Of a DNA stretch of 64,000 nt, positions 1 to 12,868 are shown in pieces (position 1 is the stretch's first letter; each line of letters opens with the position of its first letter). Origin of the DNA: Camelus ferus. Its lineage: Eukaryota. The notes under the pieces are model-generated. The model made no database searches and was not told where the DNA came from. It was given only the letters and a program-made list of their open reading frames with translations. The position numbers and the translations under genes were made by a program. The stretch is taken from assembly GCF_009834535.1 (NCBI RefSeq), contig NC_045696.1, positions 118,236,001 through 118,300,000 on the forward strand, read 5' to 3'.

Positions 1-2435
1 TAAAAAAAAAAAATCTTTGTAACCTATTCTGCTTATATAAACCGAAAGTTTTGGTATACTGTACTTATTATATTTATGATTTTTCTCTTTTCATTTCATC
101 AGTTATAATCTTTTAATCTTACAGAGCATTTATTCTTAAGGGATTTTGAATATTCTTAGTTTTATAATTTCTTTGCGATTGAGACCATAATATTATATTG
201 CTTGGAATCTTTAAATTCAGCTGGATTATTTGTACCTATAAGTAGCTCAGAGTGAGGTATTATATGAATTACAGAGACCACAAGTTGTCAGTTTTAAAGA
301 GAGTAATCAATTGGAGATACTTTTCAACTTGCACTAGTGTGTTTACAACTAAGGAGACTTTGTAAAATAAGATGAAATCTCAAATACTTGTGGAATTAGT
401 GGTGTGATCTATTTTATTAACTTCATTTTAGTCAGTGAATTCAGATTACTTGTGACAAAAGTGAGCAGAAGTAAAATTGAGATTATTTGTTACTTCTTTT
501 GTCCTTGACATAGCTTTTCCAGGGGTGCAAGTTAACTGAGGTAGGCAAAAATATGCAGTGAAACATACAGTACATGCTTTATCTCTTGATAAACCGTTTT
601 TCTTATCCGTTTCTCCTCCTGCCTTTTTTTTTTTTTAATTCCTTTCATGGCACAAATAATCTGCCTAAGTGCTAAATTAGAAACCTTGGAAATTTACTTC
701 CATTTCTGTGTCAGGTACCACCATTTTTTCAAGTTTTGTCTCTCAGTCCTCTTCCTATAGCTGCTGTGCTGGTTTGGTTGTTAGTACCCAATCCCACCAC
801 TGGAATTGCCTCTCAAATCCTCACTAAGTACCTGATAATTGATTCCACCATTTTTCTATGCTACTAATGACTCACAACATTACCCAGTTTAGATTTCTTT
901 TATTTCTTTTTGAGAAGGAGCTAATAGGCAGTGCGATCAATAAAGGAACAGTAGTTTGGTAGTAAAGTAAGTGATGGGAAAGTCACGAGCCACAGAGCAG
1001 AAAAAATATGTGTGGTAAATAATTGAGTCCTTTGTAGAGCTAACTTATCTGTTCTCTCTCTGGTTTTAATTACTTTTGTGCACTGTGTTTTCTGAGAACC
1101 AGAGCTGCCTCAGAATTGTGGAAGAACTTGGGACAGCGACTACTTTACATAGGCTTTCCTCCAGTGCAATCAACTGCGGTTGAGTTTTTCTTTTGCAGTT
1201 TGAGCAAGATAAATTACAGTGTTTGTTGGATAAAAGGTGACAGGCAGGTTATGTTACAAAAAGGCAATAGATTAAAAAAAAAAGAAAAGAACTCTGAAAC
1301 AAATGGAATAACATAAGGAGGAGTAGTTAATGAGATGTGGAATAATTTAATAAGTCTGGAACTGAGAATTTAGAATATGAAATAAAATTATGGATAATAT
1401 TTAAAGTTTCAGCCTGTTTAATCTAAAATAATTTCAAAAATTTTATTTATTTTTTCTTAGTTACAGGAGCATACTGAAAAGAAGGGAATACTTTAATTGC
1501 AAATGTGCTTGTGTCCTTATTGTGCTGTGAAGGATGTCTGTGCCTCACGTCTGCCACAGGAAATGCACAGAGCCCAACACATGCTGATGGAATTGTTCAT
1601 CTCTTGGAGTCAGGTTGAATCGGCAGCTCAGGGAAACCGCAGTTCCTGAAATTCTCTAACTTTTCATGGGGCATTTAGAGTAGTCTTTGAGACTGGAGTG
1701 AACCGTTCTTGGGTGCCCAAAGCAGCTCTCAGAAATGACCTAACTTCTTTTGGTTTATTTAGAGTGATTGAGACTAATCTGTTTCTTATTCGGAAGCTAA
1801 TTTGAACTTGTTATCAGAGCTTGATCCTAATTGAATCAGGGTGTAGAGAAGAGAGACTGTGTTGGCATCAAGAGCAATATTAGAAGATAGAATCCTCAGA
1901 TCACAAGAGTTTTTCTCTTCTTTTGTCATACATACTTTTGTTTCTGTTTTGTCAGGAACTTCATGGTAGCTTGGGATCTAGCTTGCTACCAACTATGGTT
2001 TATGAAAAATGAGCATGTTTGAGAGAAAATAATGTCATATACTATGGGCAAGTTAATGTCCTTAGGTTCTTCTTAGCTGTTTTTTGTTTGTTTTGGTGGG
2101 GGATGTGGTGTAGGTGAGGCAGCATTAAATGAGATATTCCATATAAATATCAGTTTCATGATACAATATTGATGTTATTGTCGCTAAAGTATTTTTTCAA
2201 GCAACTTTTCTTGTCCTTAGCTTTCTTTTCTCTATCATGCCTCCAATATAAATCATGGGCTAAAAAAATAAAAAAACAAAACCTGAGTGGGTATTTTCTT
2301 TGATTCAAAGGAATACAAGGAGACAGTCTGTAATAAACTTTAAACTTTTTACTGCTCACATTTAGTTTCCCAGATAAGCCTTGAAAGAATAGCATCCACC
2401 TTGAATTCAGAAAATTCAAAATTCAGAAAATACCC

Positions 2436-2562
2436 GGTCATTTGTCGATGGGCATTTAGGTTGATTCCATGTCTTGGCTATTGTATATAGTGCTGCTGTG
2501 AACATTCGGGTGCATGTGTCTTTTTGAATTAGAGTTCCCTCCAGATATATACCCAGAAGTGG
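2436..2562 (-). mobile_element. Short internal LINE-1 fragment (ORF2 3' end region), no poly(A)
   Basis: GATGGGCATTTAGGTTGATTCCATGTCTTGGCTATTGT...GAACATTCGGGTGCATGTGTCTTTTTGAATTAGAGTT is the reverse complement of the L1 segment seen on + at ~11440-11535 and ~29110-29220. Confidence 0.85.
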
Positions 2563-3351
2563 TCAATTACAATTTTAAAAAAAATTACCCTTGGGTGAAT
2601 GTTTGGAGTACTGGGATTTGTTAGAACCTCTCAGGCTCTGGAATGTTGTTGGGGCAGCCCTGACTCAGTGTGCCTTGCTGGTAGGTCAGGTCAGAGGGGC
2701 TGCTGGGACAGTGACTGGAATGCATACTTCCACAGTGATAGTTGTAGTCCATGTAGAAGGGAAGATGGGCATACTTTAATTTTCTAGGTGATCTGGAGTA
2801 TCTGGAAATATAGTAGACGTTTCCTGTCTTCATTGCTGCTTTGGTACCAGTATATGTTAGCATCCGTTGGTGTCACTAAGGGTTACATGTGAGCTCTTCA
2901 CTTTTGGGGAGGAGTGAACTATAACTGTATTAGGCCTTCTTATATATTTTTAAGATTCTTTACTAATCAACAATATGTTTTGTTTAACCAGTGGTTAACT
3001 TTTGCAATAAAATTTTCCTTCTGAACCATTCATCTCACTTAAATGTTCCTGTGTCTCTTGACATGTAAATCCCTAAATGACTTAGTTTTCATCACAAGAG
3101 TAAAATCTGTATTAAGGAAAATCAAATTTGATGGAGACATTTTGTGTATAGTTAAAACTGCTTTTTAAAAATCATCCCTCTTTCTATTGAAAAAGGAACC
3201 TTGATAGTTGTTCAGAAAACATACTTGAAATTTTTATATTTAAGTTGGGTATAACTTAATTGGACTAAGTGAAGTACTATATATGTTCAACAAATAATCT
3301 ACCAATTGCTTGCCTGGAAAACGGAAAGTGTTTGTTGTCCCACTGCTGTAT

Positions 3352-3440
3352 CCAAATCTTTGGTAGGGTCTGCTTAGGAATCTCTATTTTAGGAAGCTTC
3401 TCAGGTGATTTTTACGCACACCGAAGTTATAGAACCACTG
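3352..3440 (+). mobile_element. MER5A-like hAT-Charlie MITE, 3' half
   Basis: GGAATCTCTATTTTAGGAAGCTTCTCAGGTGATTTTTACGCACACCGAAGTTATAGAACCACTG matches the recalled MER5A terminal motif. Confidence 0.7.
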
Positions 3441-3721
3441 CTGAATTCTCTGCTGACAGCATTAGGACACTGGCTTCCTCTCTTCTGATGGAAGCTACTG
3501 GTCCCGAGGTGGAGGAGGAACACGGGTGAGCTGAGGCGGCTGTCCTGATGACCTGCCGTGCCCGGTGCTGGGAGCTCTCCAGAGCCACCAGGGTCAAGCT
3601 TTGTTCCAAGTCCTCTTTCAGCTGACGCTCCTGTGGTGAAGGAACACGTCATGTTACTGGTGATGCCCAGCCCAGAGCCTTCACATGTGTCCTAATACGT
3701 TACTGCTTTCTAGCGCGGGAG

Positions 3722-3893
3722 GAATTATAGGTGAGGAAACATAAGAGGGCTTAACTGGTCTTCTGGGACCAGGATTTGAACTGAGGTTGATTTGATTTTA
3801 AAGCCCAGACTCTTTCTGATTTACAGTGTTATGTAAGTTTCAGGTGTACAACATGGCTCACAGTTTTCATAAAGCCCAGACTCTCAGCCATAC
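3722..3893 (-). mobile_element. MIR SINE fragment interrupted by a 56-bp L1 micro-insertion
   Basis: ATAGGTGAGGAAAC...CCAGGATTTGAACTGAGG...AAAGCCCAGACTCT are MIR core motifs in reverse orientation. Confidence 0.65.
3814..3869 (-). mobile_element. 56-bp L1 3'UTR micro-insertion with 15-bp target-site duplication
   Basis: Exact direct repeat TAAAGCCCAGACTCT at 3799-3813 and 3870-3884. The insert TGATTTACAGTGTTATGTAAGTTTCAGGTGTACAACAT resembles the reverse L1 3' end at ~31270-31310. Confidence 0.8.
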
Positions 3894-3896
3894 TTT

Positions 3897-4130
3897 TTTA
3901 GCGAGCTGTGGGTTTAGGGCGCCTTGGGTTGGAAGTGTGCCTTTGTCACTTACTGGCTTTACCAGTGACTTTATACCTTCCCAAACTTCAATGTCCTCGT
4001 CTTAAGAGCAGGCATGATGATTGTAAAATTGTAAGGTTATTGTGAGGATTAATCATCTGAACCACATTTTTGGAGAGCTTCAGCATATTTTTATAGTTCT
4101 GTCCCAGAGTAGGCAGTCTAATAAATGATG
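3897..4130 (+). mobile_element. MIR SINE
   Basis: TCACTTACTGGC...CTTCAATGTCCTCGTCT...GGTTATTGTGAGGATTAA...AGTAGGCAGTCTAATAAATG follows the MIR motif order. Confidence 0.65.
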
Positions 4131-4369
4131 ACCATTTTTCAGCAACTTAAGGCAAGGCAAATATGCCTTATGGAGTTGACCAATTTTAGGATAAATGAAT
4201 TTATCAGATAAGGAAATATAGGTTTTCCTATTCTGATGTGGTTGGTAGCTAGTCACCAGGAAGATACTAGGCATGTGAAGGGGTTTTCCATTGGGAAAAT
4301 AATATATGCCTCTTTTCTTCAGTTATTTTTTTTAGTACCCATATCCTGGTAAATTCTAAATTTGGTGCT

Positions 4370-5200
4370 ATCCCAGACTCTTCTTAAAGCTCCACACTCT
4401 TCTTGTAGCTCCAGATGTGCATACTGAAATGCCTCAGGACACTTCTGTCTGCTAACCCTTTGGCGCGTCCAACTCTAAACCTGGGCTCTTTCTTCCGACA
4501 CCTGCACCCTTCTTCTAAGGTTCCTTCCCCCAGTGGATGGAATTGTATCCAGCCACATCCTCCACAGACTCTAACCTTTCACTGAATTCTGCTGATTGTT
4601 ACCCCCAAGTCTCCTTCTGCCTTTCCATCTTCGCCTGCACCATCATCACCTTAGTCTCCGCTGCTGTCACCTCCCTCCTGGCCTGTACCTCCTCTGCCTC
4701 GCTCCATGGTTCAGCCAAATTTGATACTTTCTCAAAATACAGTTGAATGTCATGCCTTATTTAAAACCCTTCAGGAACGTTGCCTTATTGACTTGTTCTG
4801 CCCCTTTTGTTTCATGGGCACTCCCTCTCCAGCTGCCTGGCCTCCTGCTCCTCTCTTCTGACCTTATATGCTTATCTCGTACCTGCTTTACACCTTTGCA
4901 CTTGACGGGTCCACTCTGGGATGCTCCCTGTCCCTTTCAGATCTCGTCTCAGACAGTCTTTCTTGAGGTCTTTGCTGCCCTCTGGGCTAAGTCAAGTCTC
5001 CGGTTACAAAATCTCATGGCGGGAAATCTCTCATATCTCCCGTATTTTTAATAGCATTTGTCTCTGTAATTATGTATTCGCGTGGTTGTTGGAGACTATT
5101 TCCCCAAATAAATTGTAAGTTCTGTGAGGGCTGAGCCAATTTCAGTGTCTGTAAGGCCTAGAACAGCCCTGGCAGCAGATGAGAAATATTAAATGACTGA
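4370..5200 (+). mobile_element. LINE-2 3' portion
   Basis: Pyrimidine-rich L2 3' region ending TTGTAAGTTCTGTGAGGGC...CCTAGAACAGCCCTGGCA...ATATTAAATGACTGAC, the L2 tail. Confidence 0.7.
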
Positions 5201-7911
5201 CCAAAGTACATAACTAGGCAATTAAATCCAATACAAAGTGATTAATTCCTAAAGTGAGGTAAGTACACACAAAGTCACCGTGTTGGCGTGTTTAGCATTG
5301 TTATTTGGGAATGTTTGTTATTGTAGCATTGGTTTGATTGGCCTCTAATTTTACTTAAATAAAGACTAGTAGTACTTTGCATTTTGAATTTCTAAGTGCA
5401 GATGGTGGGCTTTTAGAAGTTGATTGTACTTGAATGACTTAGAGTAAAAACTTTCCCCTTTCCTTGCATCTGGACAGTATTTGAAGTTTACAATTTAAGA
5501 AAGATATAGTTGGTTGCATACTTCTTGATGTTTACGACATGGAATGTATTTTTTTATGTTAGTTGCCTAAGGTATAAAAATTTTTAAATGCTACCAAAAT
5601 TTACGAAGACAGGAAATCATAGATGTTATAAAAAGTTTTCAACTTATAAAAGTTAGAAAAAATAGGAAAGATCAATATAATACTGAAATTGTGCTTTTAT
5701 GTTACTTTTTGGTACTTGGACCTTAGTTTATACTCTAAGACTATTGTTAGCAAATTGAAATGTTCTTGTGAAAACTCTTAAGGTTGTAGTATTTTCTTGA
5801 AAATTGGTTTAGTACTGTTGTTTACATTTTAAAATTAGTGCTTTCAATAAGATTTTGGTTTCCATCTATCCTGTATTCTCCCTAGGAGTGCACAACTTCA
5901 AAAATAAAGAGGCACAGTCAGCAGAAAAAAGAGGTGGTCTGAGCATTTATGCGTTAAATATGCATGTTAATTAGGAAAAAAATTAGAAAAATATGAAAAC
6001 AGATGTTACATAAATTATTGCAGTCCCAGGGCAGCAGTAACTTATACACTGACAATAATTTTTATATGTGCATGTGTATGTCTATTTCTAGATTTCTCAA
6101 TGTTTATGCAATTCCGTAGAGCATAACTAAAAGAAGAACTGGTATATCCTTTCAGTGAGACTGTGGTAAACACTCCTGTGTGTGGATTGCTGAGCAAGTC
6201 TGGGTGTTACATACACTCTTACTGCACAGACTGTCTTGTGTGTTTCCTCTTTCTTCCCACAGTCTTGTTCCTTCTTTCTTGGTTTCTTTGATAGTATGTC
6301 AGTGAAATCTTTTATTGGACATGTCCTGTCAGGACAAGAAATTAAATTATGATCCCAGCAGTTAGAAGAAATGTAAAATTGTATAGTGTGTATTTGGAAA
6401 CAAAACAAATTACAACTACTCAGGACACTGATGGTAGTGTCGTGTTTTCTTTGGTTACTGTTGTACCTTAAGAAATAGCCGTCATTCTCTGAATAGTACT
6501 GACACGGTAGTATGACAGTCTGTATTGTGTTCCACACTCAGGAAATACACATATGTTGTAATAGTTGAAAGATGTTTGAATGGCTTTCACTCTGAAGGGC
6601 CATACATAGAATAAAAATGGTCTTTATTTATACAGGGGAAAGTTGAGAAATAGAGACATGCTTTATTTTAGCGGTGTAGCAATTTTTAGTTAAGCTGTAC
6701 AGAAAAACCTTGTGACTGTATTGCTGTCCGAGGAGCTGCTGACAATATCTAGATATTTTCCATACATATATTATATAATTTAGAAACATGTTGTTTGTAA
6801 CTTTTCAGATAAGATTGAAAGTTAAAATAAGGAAATGCTATAACAGAATGTAATAAATCATTCCCTTTATCAAACGAACAAACAAAACATGAACTATTTT
6901 TTGTACAGGGACATAAAACAGTTTCTGGAAATCTGTCTAGAGATCAATGCTACACTCACTTGTAGTCTTTAGAAATCGTACTTTGTTATTTGATTTAGTA
7001 GCACGTGATACTAAAATGTGTTTTAAGTAATTAATTTCTTTTGACTCCCAGTAGGTTTCAGTTACATGTATTATCATAATTTTTTTCAGTTCTGTGTTTC
7101 CGATTTATATTTTACATTATATTACCCAACTGCTGTTGTCCTTTATTGTGAGTAAGGTGAACTAATACAGAATGAAATCTAGAAAGGAATGATACTAATA
7201 TATTTAGTAATTTATTATTATTAAGAGTTTCTTTACTTAAATTGTATGGTTATTGAAGAAATTCAGTTTTCATTCTTGCAGATTTTATGTAGAAATATAT
7301 CTATGTCAGATATAATTTGTGAAAGTATATTAAAGTATATTAGTAAAGGTGATATATGTTTTTCTTTTTCTCCAGGAAAAAAAGCTATGGAAATTAATTT
7401 TTAATTTACCAGTAATATTTACTTGCCACACTGATACATCTGTATTCTAATTTTATGTTTTATTAATGCTTTGGAATCCATTTTCAGTGGAATTTTTTTC
7501 ACATTTGTTTTCAAATGTCTAATTTCCATTTCTTACTTTATGTGATTTTGATACTTGGTATTATTTTACTGTGTATGAAAATAGTGTATTCCTTATTTGA
7601 GCACTTCCATTTCATTTCAATGAAACAAACTGGTAACAGGTGATTTGTTTTGTGTTGAAGAGTTTTGGATTTTTTTTTTGTATTATAATGCTTTTTGTTG
7701 TAGGTATTATAAAATGAATTTCTTTCTTCCAGGAGATAAAATAAATGGTGGAAAGAGTGATTAAGAAGTAGGCTAACATTTGCCCTCTAAGAGCCTAAAA
7801 TATTATGACATAAATTTTTTCAGCCTGCTCTTTATGTTTTTGTGTTGGTTTAGGATTCTTTTGTTTGGAGACAGGAATATTTGAAGTTATTTTCTTTCTT
7901 TATTTTTCTAG

Positions 7912-8116
7912 GTACTCTCTGTTTTTCCAGGAGCTCAGCTGAGGGAGAACTCAGCCGACCTCTAGTTCTTGATTCTTCTTTGCTCCCTCTCGGCCAACTA
8001 AGACTTTATCTGGAGAACTCTGCTGCCTAGAGCCTGCAGTTGTCTGGGCCCCAGAACAAGAGCATGCATTTTCACGTGTCAGTTTGATAAGTGGATCAGT
8101 GAAGTTTTCCTGAAAG
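7912..8116 (+). other. Candidate spliced non-coding (5'UTR-like) exon of an unidentified host gene; alternative acceptor gives a start at 7931
   Basis: Strong polypyrimidine tract TTTTCTTTCTTTATTTTTCTAG| (AG 7910-7911), second acceptor CTCTCTGTTTTTCCAG| (AG 7929-7930) and strong donor AAG|GTAAGC (GT 8117-8118). It is GC-richer than its flanks, has no recognisable repeat and has stops in all three frames. Confidence 0.5.
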
Positions 8117-8170
8117 GTAAGCATATATTTATTCAAAACATGCATTTCAAAATTCAGTGCTATTAATACC

Positions 8171-8527
8171 TGTCTTAGTCTACTGGGGCCTCTGTGACAA
8201 AAATACCATAAGGGTGACTTACAAATAACAGAAATTTATTTTTTCACAGTTTCAGAGGCTGGGAGGTCTAAGATCAGGGTGCCAGCAGATTTGGTGTCTG
8301 TTGAGGACCCACTTGTTTCATAGATGGATGTCTTCTTGCTGTATCCTCACATGGTTCCAGGAATGAGAGGGCTCTCTGGGGTCTCTTCTTTAAGGGCACT
8401 AATCCCGTTCATGAGGGCTGCATCCTCTTGATCTAAAGCCTTCCCAAGAGCCTCACTCCTCATAAAATAGGAATTAAGATTTCAACATATGAGTTTTAGG
8501 GAGGAGATAAACATTCATTTCATAATA
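8171..8527 (-). mobile_element. MaLR solo LTR (MLT1A-like)
   Basis: TGTCTTAGTC...AACAGAAATTTATTTTTTCACAGTTTCAGAGGCTGGGAGGTCTAAGATCAGGGTGCCAGCA...AAGGGCACTAATCCC...ATTTCAACATATGAGTTTTAGGGAGG. Confidence 0.85.
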
Positions 8528-8989
8528 CACTTATTATAGTAATGTCTTGCATAGGTTTGTGTATAAAAAAATTGTGTGTGTGTGCATGTGTGTTTGTACC
8601 TATATATGTGTGTTTATACACTTCTGCTTGATTTACATTGTAGGCTCTTTCAGGGAATAATGTTGCCCTTGAATGCAGTTACTCAGAGTTCTCTGATCAG
8701 CTTCTTTCCATTTCCTGTATCTATCCACCAGAAGATTCCAATCTTCGCTAACTCATTGTTTTCTTTCTCTTTTAACTGAGTTTGCATGGGGGCTTCAAAA
8801 GTGTTTTCCCACCAGCAGACTTGTAGCACTTTTCTCTTGCTGAACACTGTATCCATAGCTCTTTTCTTTTTTCTTCTCTTGTTTTCTTTCTTACCTACCT
8901 ACCTCCCTACTTCCTGATATTCATTAAATTTGTTGGAGTAGCAAAATTAGAATGATTAAACTTACAGTTGAAGGCATCTCACTTTTTTT

Positions 8990-9230
8990 TTTACCACAAT
9001 CTATAATAAGCAATAAATTTTACATTTATGAGTGATTTTCCACAGGTATAAATATACAAATGAAACAAACAGAAGTTGAAGCAGTTCTTGCCCTGGCTAC
9101 TTGCAATATATGCTGTACTCTCTTCTATTACATTTGTTTTTGTATACTTCATTTAATATATGCTGGTGCCCATAACTAAATGTATTTCCCTATTCAGTAA
9201 TGGATCAGCTTTGCAATTTCAAAAGCCATA
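8990..9230. mobile_element. Degraded hAT-Charlie-type MER DNA element
   Basis: The end motif ACTAAATGTATTTCC...CAGTAATGGATCAGCTTTGCAATTTCAAAAGCCAT resembles Charlie-family termini; subfamily not resolved. Confidence 0.4.
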
Positions 9231-9876
9231 CTTGAGATCACTTGTATGGTTGTTCACGATTGACTTGTAGGAAAAATAAATGGAATCAGGCAATTTGTTT
9301 TCTGTCTCAGTCAAGCTGCCTTTTCTCCTGTCTCTCCTGTGCTTCTCTCGCTACTAGCTGTCAGTTGACTTGGAAAGAACTGTGCAACTGCTGGGAAACA
9401 CTGGAGCACTTACTTGGTTCATCTGTGATACCTATGTTCAGATCTCAAAATTGAAAAGGAGGACAAATCCTTGATAGAATCATTCCTTTATAGTAAGGTG
9501 TATATTTCTTTATCCTCTTCTTGTTCTTTCTGTCTGTGTAAGTTGTATGTGCATGCTGATGCTCTCAAATCATTCTTGGCTTAAAATATGTTAAACTTTT
9601 AAAGTCCTTTATATCAGCTTAGAATAACATGTACCCTTTCCCAAAGTAGTCTCTTCTTGTACTCATTCCCATTTTTTTTAAGACTTTTACCCTTTTAATG
9701 AATTGCAAGTATTTTTATATAAAAGTAATATGTTTTGTTACAAAGTTTGGTACATATGTAAAAGTAAAAAGAAGATAAAAATTAGCCCTAATCCAGTATA
9801 GCTAAAGCAGTTCTAAGAGGGAAGTTCAAAGTGATAAACACTTACATTAACTTACATTAAGAAAAAGAAAACTCAA

Positions 9877-11970
9877 GGATGTCCATTCTTGCTACATTTA
9901 TCCAAAATAGTTTTGGAAATCCTAGCTACAGCAGCCAGAGAAGAAAAAGAAATAAAAGGAATCCAAATTGTAAAGGAAGAAGTGTAACTGTCACTGCAAA
10001 TGACATAATGCTGTACACAGAAATTCCTAAAGACATCACCAGAAAATTACTAGAGCTCATCAATCAATTTGGTAAAGTTGTGGGATACAAAATTAATACA
10101 CAGAAATCTGTTGCATTTCTGTACATTAACAAGAGACTATTAGAAAGAGAAATTAAGGAAACAATCCTCATTACATCACATCAAAAAGAATAAAATAACT
10201 AGGAGTAAACCTACCTAAGGAGATAAAAGGCCTGTGCTCAAAAAATGGTAAGACAGTGATGAGAGAAACTGAAGATGACACTGACAGATGGAAAGATACA
10301 CTATGTTCTTGGATTGGAAGAATTAATATTGTTAAAATGAATATACTACTCAAAGCAATCTACAGATTCAGTGCAATCCCTATCAAAATGCCAGTGGCAT
10401 TTTTTCACAAATATAAAACAAGTAATTTTAAAATTTGTATAGAAACGCAAAAGACCCCAAATAACCAAACCAATCCTGAGAAAAAAGAACAGACCTGGAG
10501 AAATCATGCTCCATGACCTCAGACTATACTACAAAGCTACAGCAATCAAAACAGCATGGTATTGGCACAAAAGCAGATACATAGATAAATGGAACAGAAT
10601 AGCCCCGAAATAAACCCACATACTTATGGTCAGTTAATCTAAGACAAAGGAAACAAGAATGTACAATGGAGAAAAGATAGTTTCTTTAAGAAGTGGTGCT
10701 GGGAAAATTGGACAGCTACATGTTAAAGAATGAAAATAGAACATTCTCTAACACCATATACAAAAATAAACTCAAAATGGATAAAAGACCTAAATGTAAG
10801 ACCAAATATTATAAAACTAGAGAAAAACATAGGCAGAACACTATTTGACTTAAATTGCAGCAATAATTTTTTGGACCCATCTCCTAAAGCATAGAAAACA
10901 AAAATAAAAATAAACAGATGGGGCTTAATTAAATGTAAAAGCTTATGTACAGCAAAGGAAACCATTAACAGAATGAAAAGACAATCTACTGAATAGGAGA
11001 AGATATTTGCAAGTGATATGACTGATAAGGGGTTAATATCCAACACATATAAACAGCTCATACAACTCAACATCAAAACAACCAACAACCCAATTTAAAA
11101 ATGGCATAAGAACTGAATAGACATTTTTCCAAAAAGGAAATGCAGATGGCCAACAGGCACAAAAAAAGATGCTCAACATCACTAATCATCAAGGAAATGT
11201 AAATCAAAACCACAATGAGATATCGTCTCACACTAGTCAGAATGGCTGTCATCAAAAAGAACACAAATAACAAATGTTGGTGAGGATCTGGGAGAAAAGA
11301 AACCCTCATACACTGTTAGTCGGAATGTGAATTGGTGTGTAAAACAATATGGAGGTTTCTCAGAAAACTAAAATAGAACTACCATATGACCCAGCAGTTC
11401 CACTTCTGGGTATATATGTATCCAAAAAAACCAAAGACACTAATTAATTTGAAAAGATACTTGCACCCCAATGTTCATAACAGCATTATTTATAATTGCC
11501 AAGGCATAGAAGCAATCTAAGTGTCCATCAGCAGATGAATGGATAAATATGTGGCATATATACAGTGGAACACACACACACACACACATGCACACACTAG
11601 AATGCCACTCAGCCATAACAAAGGATGAAATTTTTCCATTTGCAGCAATATAGATAGAATTGGAGGGCATTATGGTGAATGGAATAAGTCAGACAGAGAA
11701 AGATAAATGCTGTATGATATTACTTATATGCAGAAAATACAACACACTAATGAATAACACAAACAACAAAAAAAAGCAGACTCACACATATAGAGAATAA
11801 CCTAGTGGTTACCAGCTGAGAGAGGGAAGGGAGGAGTGGCAGTATAGGGATAGGGGAGAAAAAGGGCTATTTTAGCATTATATGAAATTGTGTGTTTGGT
11901 ACTTTTGAAAATTGTAAAGCACTATAGAATTTAAAGACTTTTTTATTCAATTTGAAAAAAAAACACACAC
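9877..11970 (+). mobile_element. Younger 5'-truncated LINE-1 (cetartiodactyl-type 3'UTR) inserted in the older L1; decayed RT and C-terminal ORF2
   Basis: Peptides [27 protein letters not shown] and [25 protein letters not shown]-tail at 11955-11963. TSD AG(A/G)AAACTCAA at 9866-9876 and 11971-11981. Confidence 0.92.
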
Positions 11971-12828
11971 AGGAAACTCAAATAAACAAGCTAATGTTAC
12001 ATCTCACAGAACTAGTAGAAGAACAAACTAAACATAAAATTAGTAGAAGAATGGAAAAGACAGAACACAAATAAATGAAATAGAGACTAAAATAACAACA
12101 GAAAATATCAAAGATACAAAGAGCTGATTTTTGAAAAACTAAAACCAAATAGATCAGCTTTTAGCTAGATATACTGGGGGTGGGGGGTCGGGACTACTAT
12201 CACAGAAATACAAAGTTTCATAAGAGACTACTATGAACAGGTATTCACCATCAAATTGAACAACCTAGAAGAAATAGTTAAGTTTCTAGAAATTTATAAC
12301 CTGTCAATCATGAAGAAATAGAAAATCTGAATAGTCCAATTACTAATAAGGAGATTGAGTCAGTAATCAAAAACCTCCCAAGAAAGTTCAGAACCAGATG
12401 ACTTCACTGGTGAATTCCAGCAAACATTTAAAATACAATTCATGTCAGTTCTTCTCAAACTCTTCCAAAAAAAACCAGAGAGGAGGGAACTCTTCTAAAG
12501 CTACTTTATAAAGCAAGGATTACCCGGATACCAAAACTTGGTACTATAAGAAAAGAAAATTACAAGCCAGTATCCTTGATGAACACAGATGCAAAAATCC
12601 TCAATAAGCCAAACTGAACTTAATTCAGTGGTACATTAAAGAATCATAGACCTTAATCACCTGGGATTATTTTCAGTGATGCAAGGATGGTTCAACATCC
12701 ACAAATCAATCAGTGTGATATACCACATTAATAAAATGAACGATAAAAATATGTCCCCCATATTCAAAGAACCAATCTCACCACTTTTATTTGGCATAAT
12801 ACTCAAAGTCCTAACCAGAAAATTCAAG

Positions 12829-12868
12829 CAAACAAAACAAAACAAAACAAAACAAAACAAAAAACAAG
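12829..12868 (+). repeat. (AAAAC)n microsatellite within L1
   Basis: Direct reading: ACAAAACAAAACAAAACAAAACAAAACAAAAAAC. Confidence 0.9.

Noticed and set aside
6127..6537. 136-aa ORF on -
   Set aside because: Non-ATG start, no recognisable domain, composition like random AT-rich DNA.
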